Shown piece after piece: positions 59,860 through 64,000 of a DNA stretch of 64,000 nucleotides. The first letter of the stretch is position 1, and each line of letters begins with the position of its first letter. The position numbers were made by a program, and so were the translations under genes. The notes under the pieces were generated by a model, which had not been told where the DNA came from, ran no database searches, and was given only the letters and a program-made list of their open reading frames with translations. Source of the stretch: an uncultured Kiritimatiellota bacterium (lineage in GTDB: Bacteria > Verrucomicrobiota > Kiritimatiellia > RFP12 > UBA1067); the NCBI GenBank assembly GCA_934635385.1, contig CAKTZI010000011.1:20488-84487 (forward strand), written 5' to 3'.

Positions 59860-61355
59860 TGAGGCGCACCGTCATTCTCGCGGCGGGGGATTTTCCGCCG
59901 CGCGGCTCGGAGCCCGAACGGCTCCTGCTGTCGGCGGCGCGTGTCGTCGCCTGCGATTCGGCGGCAGCGACGTATCGGCAGCGCTTCGGCCGATGGCCGG
60001 ATGTCATCATCGGGGATCTGGACAGTTTCTTGCCAAAAGACGCCTGCGGCGCTGAACACGGAGGAGACGGAGAGGCGGAGACGCGGAGAGTCGAGCCACA
60101 CGCCCTATCCTTCCAAAGAACTCCGTGCCTCCCTTCCTCCATCACCTCCGTGTTAAGCGAAAGCAACAAAGACGCCTGCGGCGCTGAACACGGAGAAACG
60201 GAGGCACGGCGGAGGGTTGTGCGGATTGATGATGATGAGACGAACGACCTGGACAAGGCGATTGCCTATTGCCGGACGCAGGGGTGGGCGGATTTGGTCA
60301 TCGTCGGCGCGACGGGCAGGCGCACGGATCACGCGATCGGCAACGTCTATCGTGCGCTCGCGGCGGAAGTCCCGATCGTCGAGGCCGAGGGCGCTTTCCT
60401 GCCCGTGCGCGGCAAGCTGACGTTTCGGACGTGGAAGGACGCGGGCGTGTCCGTCTTCGCGCCTGATCCGGCGACGCGGATGACGTCGCGTGGCTTGCGC
60501 TGGAAGCTGGACGGCGTGCGGTTCGCGAACCCGTACTGCGCGACGCTGAACCGCGCATCATCCGAAACGGTGACGGTCACGAGTACGCATCCGGCGTTCG
60601 TCTACGCGGCGCGCAATCCCGCCGCCGTGCGGGCGGTTGTCGCGCTCGGCTCGAACGTCGGTGCGCGCGCGACGTATCTGAAGCGGGCGCTCGCGGCGCT
60701 CGCGGCGCTGCCCGAGACGCGGCTGCTGGACGTGAGCGCGGTGCGCGAAACGGAGCCGGTGGACGTCCCGGCGGAATTTGCCGCGCAGAAGTTCCTCAAC
60801 CAGGCGGCGGTCTTCGAGACGACGCTTGCGCCACTTGCCTTCTCGCGCGCGATGCACGCGGTCGAGGATCGGCTGGGGCGTGTCCGCACGGTGCGGAATG
60901 GCCCGCGCACGATTGATCTCGACCTGATTCTCTTCGGCGACGTGCGCCTGGACACGTCGGAACTGACCCTGCCCCATCCGCGTGCGCAGGAACGCGCCTT
61001 TGTCCTCGATCCTCTCAACGAACTCGGCATCAGACTTCCTCTTGTGGCCTGCGGCGCTGAACGCGGAGGTGACGGAGCGTCGGAGACGCGGAGCCCCGTA
61101 CCGAGTGTCCCATCCCCCACAGAACCTCCGTGTCTCCCATCCTCCGCTATCTCCGTGTTAAGCGAAAGCAACTCGGTCGTGCGGGAAGAGGCCTATGGCG
61201 TTCAACGCGGAGGAGGCGGAGAGTCGGAGACGCGGAGTTCCGTGTCGGGCGCCCCATCTCCAAAACAACCTCCGTGTCTCCCCTCCTCCATCACCTCCGT
61301 GTTAAGCGACAGCAACCCGGTCGGACAGGAAGATGCCTACGGCGTTCAACGGTAA
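59856..61355 (+). CDS. Fusion of thiamine pyrophosphokinase (N-terminal) and HPPK/FolK (C-terminal), interrupted and extended by in-frame repeat elements.
   Basis: TPK part: IIGDLDS, DDDETNDLDKAI and GATGRRTDHAIGN. HPPK part: VVALGSNVG, RNGPRTIDLDLILFG and LTLPHPRAQERAFVLDPL. No stop separates the two halves. The ATG overlaps the upstream stop (ATGA). Confidence 0.8.
   Translation: MMRRTVILAAGDFPPRGSEPERLLLSAARVVACDSAAATYRQRFGRWPDVIIGDLDSFLPKDACGAEHGGDGEAETRRVEPHALSFQRTPCLPSSITSVLSESNKDACGAEHGETEARRRVVRIDDDETNDLDKAIAYCRTQGWADLVIVGATGRRTDHAIGNVYRALAAEVPIVEAEGAFLPVRGKLTFRTWKDAGVSVFAPDPATRMTSRGLRWKLDGVRFANPYCATLNRASSETVTVTSTHPAFVYAARNPAAVRAVVALGSNVGARATYLKRALAALAALPETRLLDVSAVRETEPVDVPAEFAAQKFLNQAAVFETTLAPLAFSRAMHAVEDRLGRVRTVRNGPRTIDLDLILFGDVRLDTSELTLPHPRAQERAFVLDPLNELGIRLPLVACGAERGGDGASETRSPVPSVPSPTEPPCLPSSAISVLSESNSVVREEAYGVQRGGGGESETRSSVSGAPSPKQPPCLPSSITSVLSDSNPVGQEDAYGVQR
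60042..60216. repeat. One complete 126-bp CGGAG-type unit plus a truncated second unit inside the TPK domain.
   Basis: gcctgcggcgctgaacacggag...ctccgtgcctcccttcctccatcacctccgtgttaagcgaaagcaac. The direct repeat aaagacgcctgcggcgctgaacacggag occurs at both ends. Confidence 0.85.
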
Positions 61356-61366
61356 GCGAAAGCAAC
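61047..61366. repeat. Two tandem 144-bp units (126-bp palindromic element plus 18-bp linker) and a collapsed unit in which the two termini are joined directly. Together they form the 3' tail of the TPK-HPPK ORF.
   Basis: Units start at 61047, 61191 and 61335. The third is gcctacggcgttcaacgg|taagcgaaagcaac and contains the stop codon. Confidence 0.85.
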
Positions 61367-61395
61367 CTAGAAAACGGCAAATAAGGAACGAAACG

Positions 61396-61965
61396 ATGAA
61401 TGACTATGCGAAGACAATTGCGGCGCTGAAGCGCCGCGGATACGAGGCGACGGCGGTCGCGACCAAGGAGGAGGCCTCCACCCTCATCCTGAAAGAGGCC
61501 GAGGCGGCTCAGTCCGTCGGCTGGGGCGGGTCGGAGAGCGTGAAGGCGCTCGGCGTGCGCGAGGCGCTCGCGGCGGCGGGCAAGGAGATCCGCGACCACC
61601 AGACGCAGATGGATCTCTTTCTCCTCTCGGCGAACGCGCTGACCGAGGACGGCGTGATCGTCAACATCGACGGCACGGGCAACCGCATCGCGGCGTCCAT
61701 CTACGGGCCGAAGCGCGTCGTCTACGTCATCGGGCGAAACAAGCTCGTCGCGGGCGGCGTGCTGGAGGCGATCGCGCGTGCGAAGAAATTCGCCTGCGGG
61801 CCGAACTGCCGCCGGCTCGGCAAGAAGACGCCGTGCGCCGAGAAGAACCTCTGCGCCGACTGCGACTCGCCCGACCGCATCTGCAAGGTGACGGCTGTCT
61901 TCGACCGCTGTCCGTCGCACACCTCGACCCTCGTCATCCTCGTCGACGAGCCCCTCGGCTACTGA
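61396..61965 (+). CDS. LUD-domain (lactate-utilisation YkgG/DUF162-like) protein with a C-terminal Cys cluster.
   Basis: DLFLLSANALTEDGVIVNIDGTGNRIAASIYGPKRVVYVIGRNKL. An AAGGAA Shine-Dalgarno sequence precedes the ATG at 61396. The track ORF starts inside the repeat, at 61333. Confidence 0.7.
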   Translation: MNDYAKTIAALKRRGYEATAVATKEEASTLILKEAEAAQSVGWGGSESVKALGVREALAAAGKEIRDHQTQMDLFLLSANALTEDGVIVNIDGTGNRIAASIYGPKRVVYVIGRNKLVAGGVLEAIARAKKFACGPNCRRLGKKTPCAEKNLCADCDSPDRICKVTAVFDRCPSHTSTLVILVDEPLGY

Positions 61966-61987
61966 GAAAAATTTCTCAATGCCCCCC

Positions 61988-62017
61988 TTGACACCCAAAT
62001 GGGTAATATGGTATAGT
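61988..62017 (+). promoter_or_regulatory. Strong sigma-70 promoter: TTGACA, 18-nt spacer, TGgTATAGT.
   Basis: cTTGACAcccaaatgggtaatatggTATAGT, about 70 nt upstream of the ATG at 62087. Confidence 0.6.
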
Positions 62018-62086
62018 TCGCATCGTGAGGCCGAAAAGACACCCGAACGGGTGACAATTTGCCAACAACCAAAAAGGAAAACACAC

Positions 62087-64000
62087 ATGAAAAAACTACT
62101 GACAATGCTTTCCGCAGCTGCGACGGCCCTTGGCCTTCAGGCGGCGGATCTGTATCCGAGCGGCACGTCGTTCGACGGCGATTATTGGGGTGAATCGGAA
62201 CAGGCGCTGTGGTCTTCGTTGGAAGGTCTCAGCATTTCGGAAACGCCGTTTGACTATTCTGGTGATCTCCCCGTTCAGTTTCAAGACGACGATAACGGCA
62301 ATAACCTTCATATCGAGCGGAAGTTGACGGATGCGACTTTCCGTGCAATCGTGGCGGGAGGGGCCAAGCAGACTATTCCGAGCAACGGTCTTTGCGTCGA
62401 TACGCTGATTAAGTTCACGGCGTTCGACCAGGAGGACGTGGCGAGCATTGATGGCATGGATGCCAAGTTTGCGGTCTGGGTCAAGGAGATTGAGGGTGCT
62501 GAAGGTGAAGCCTCGACTTTTCAGTTGATGGTGACGGCTGGTCAGTGGGACAGCGATCAGGATACGCTTGTTCGTAAAGACTATGCGTGTTCGAGTGTGA
62601 TTACGGACATGGATAAATGGTATCGCTTGACAGTCAAGGTCATCTCGGACATCACGAACGGCAGCAATATTCCGGGCTATGTCGTGTGTGTCAATGGCGA
62701 GGTCGTGACATCGGGTGAGGCGCAGAGGGATGTCGCGAAGCTTTCGCTTTCATCAGAGGGTTCTGGCTGGAACGCGAATGGCGCGGTCTTCCCTGCCCTC
62801 GTCACCGATGACTTGACGATGAGCCATGTTGGCTTTGCGGGTACGGGCTGGATTGACGACCTTTCCATCACAGACAAGATTCCTGATTTTGTTGAGGCAA
62901 AGGAAGTTTTCACGGTTAGAGGAAGCGATTTTGTCAAGAGCTTCAAGTACAATGGCCAAATCTGGAATGCGGGCGATGCGGCGTTGATTGTCGCTTCGTC
63001 GAATGAGGCTGCTGAGTCGGCGACGGACATTGTGTACATTGATGGTTACTTTGGCCCGATGGTGCAGACCGTGAATCGTGAGGCAAATTCCGAGAACATC
63101 ATTGGTGCGGATGCCAAGGTTGAAGTGGCGACTGTCACGATTGACGGCGTGAAGACCTCGTATGCGACAGGCGATGGCGCACTTACCGCTGTCAATGCGG
63201 CGGTGTCTGCTGTGACCCTGAAGCTTGGCGCGGATTGCTCAACCGAACTTCTGTTTGAGAATGCGAATGGTGCAGAAATCACGCTTGATCTCGCGGGCAA
63301 GACCGTGTCGCACAATATTTACGCGGCGACCAAGGTGATCATTATTGACACGGTCGGCAAAGGAAAGGTCGATGGCAAGGTCGAATTTGAGTCCGAATGC
63401 CTTGAAATCAGGGGCGGAAAGTTCCTTGTCTCGAAGAACGCGAATGGCATCGACGCCACTCTGCTGGACGGCATGAAGTGGGGCAAGGATGAAGATGGTG
63501 CGTATTGGATGCTCGTCGAAAAGGGTGAAGGCGTGACCTTCGCGGTGGCGGCTGGTGCACATACAACCGTGACGGTTGAGATTGACGGCGAAGTTTTGGA
63601 GACGATTCCTGAAACGCTGATTGCGGGCCAGACGTACAGGGTGACGTTTACTGCGGCTAATGGCTATGCATTCGCCGAGGATGCCCAGACGGTCTTTGAA
63701 GGCACGGTGGCTGATGCTGACGTGACCATTGAAGGTCCGGCTGTCACGGCGATCGCGTATGCGATTACGTATAAGTGGACGGGCGTGGAAGAGGCGGATC
63801 TTGAAAACATCCAGAACATCAATCCGGAGACTTACACGATTGAGTCCGAGACGATTACGTTTGCCGCTCCGACCTGCGAAGGCTACACTTTCAAGAGCTT
63901 TGACCCGGCGGAGATTGCGATGGGTTCCACGGGTGACGTGACGGTCACGGGCACGTTTGAAAAGAGCGGCTCGACCAAGCCCACGACGTGGGACGAGGTG
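62087..64000 (+). CDS. Large secreted surface protein; only the N-terminal 638 codons are present and the 3' end is outside the window.
   Basis: Absent from the ORF track because there is no stop before the window edge. I translated the frame by hand and found it open from the ATG at 62087 to 64000. Signal peptide MKKLLTMLSAAATALGLQAADL. AAAAGGAAAA Shine-Dalgarno sequence. The C-terminal part, EGYTFKSFDPAEIAMGSTGDVTVTGTFE, resembles Listeria-Bacteroides (Flg_new) repeats. Confidence 0.8.
   Translation, partial: MKKLLTMLSAAATALGLQAADLYPSGTSFDGDYWGESEQALWSSLEGLSISETPFDYSGDLPVQFQDDDNGNNLHIERKLTDATFRAIVAGGAKQTIPSNGLCVDTLIKFTAFDQEDVASIDGMDAKFAVWVKEIEGAEGEASTFQLMVTAGQWDSDQDTLVRKDYACSSVITDMDKWYRLTVKVISDITNGSNIPGYVVCVNGEVVTSGEAQRDVAKLSLSSEGSGWNANGAVFPALVTDDLTMSHVGFAGTGWIDDLSITDKIPDFVEAKEVFTVRGSDFVKSFKYNGQIWNAGDAALIVASSNEAAESATDIVYIDGYFGPMVQTVNREANSENIIGADAKVEVATVTIDGVKTSYATGDGALTAVNAAVSAVTLKLGADCSTELLFENANGAEITLDLAGKTVSHNIYAATKVIIIDTVGKGKVDGKVEFESECLEIRGGKFLVSKNANGIDATLLDGMKWGKDEDGAYWMLVEKGEGVTFAVAAGAHTTVTVEIDGEVLETIPETLIAGQTYRVTFTAANGYAFAEDAQTVFEGTVADADVTIEGPAVTAIAYAITYKWTGVEEADLENIQNINPETYTIESETITFAAPTCEGYTFKSFDPAEIAMGSTGDVTVTGTFEKSGSTKPTTWDEV

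Noticed and set aside
60048-60167. Possible hammerhead-like ribozyme core (CTGAAC... and ...GCGAAAGC) within the repeat units.
   Set aside because: The CUGANGA box is not satisfied (CUGAACA or CUGAACG), and the helices do not arrange around a three-way junction.
1-64000. Search for rRNA, tRNA, tmRNA, RNase P, transposases, integrases, phage genes, toxin-antitoxin pairs and known defence systems.
   Set aside because: No conserved signatures were seen in any intergenic region or ORF (for example GGTTCGAATCC T-loops, the RNase P GAGGAAAGTCC motif, or DDE/HUH/recombinase motifs). Absence is based on visual inspection only.

Overview
High-GC chromosomal segment with lower-GC patches (judged by eye). 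The gene content suggests an anaerobic PVC-superphylum bacterium (Lentisphaerota, Kiritimatiellota or Verrucomicrobiota-like): many prepilin-type N-terminal proteins, giant LamG and LRR surface proteins, and secreted glycosidases. The window covers the replication-origin neighbourhood. It contains mnmG, two feoA, feoB, an outer-membrane barrel, dnaA and dnaN, and all genes from 1 to 54.6 kb are on the minus strand except one AraC regulator. From 54.7 kb to the end every gene is on the plus strand. Other content, in order: (i) a minus-strand operon of giant LamG protein, glycyl-radical enzyme (GRE), WbsX-like protein, two-module glycosidase and GRE activase; (ii) a membrane-anchored 1072-aa protein plus a lipoprotein; (iii) a BspA-type LRR surface protein; (iv) GH5 and a divergent PAS-AraC regulator; (v) PP2C phosphatase; (vi) arfB-like, gph-like, queH and murI; (vii) a nine-gene pseudopilin cluster with a giant GspK-like protein; (viii) mnmE; (ix) a CPA2 antiporter fused to PTS-EIIA; (x) the ACT/UPF0210 pair; (xi) on the plus strand a metalloenzyme, ROK kinase, ybeY, a glycine riboswitch with a Na:alanine/glycine symporter, a CinA/PncC domain protein, a thiamine-pyrophosphokinase::HPPK fusion, a LUD-domain protein and a partial surface protein. 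Four observations stand out. First, families of imperfect-palindromic repeat elements (units of 123, 126 and 144 bp) sit in frame inside protein-coding genes, including mnmG, mnmE, murI and the TPK-HPPK gene, and resemble Rickettsia palindromic elements. Second, the GRE carries a textbook twin-arginine export signal and lies between secreted glycosidases and its activase. Third, several genes have an extended -10 box (TGnTATAAT) only 6-10 nt upstream of the start codon, implying leaderless mRNAs. Fourth, there are several clusters of a variant DnaA box (TTATCAACA). No rRNA, tRNA, CRISPR array, transposase or prophage gene was recognised. Many long ORFs in the track are antisense shadow ORFs typical of high-GC DNA.
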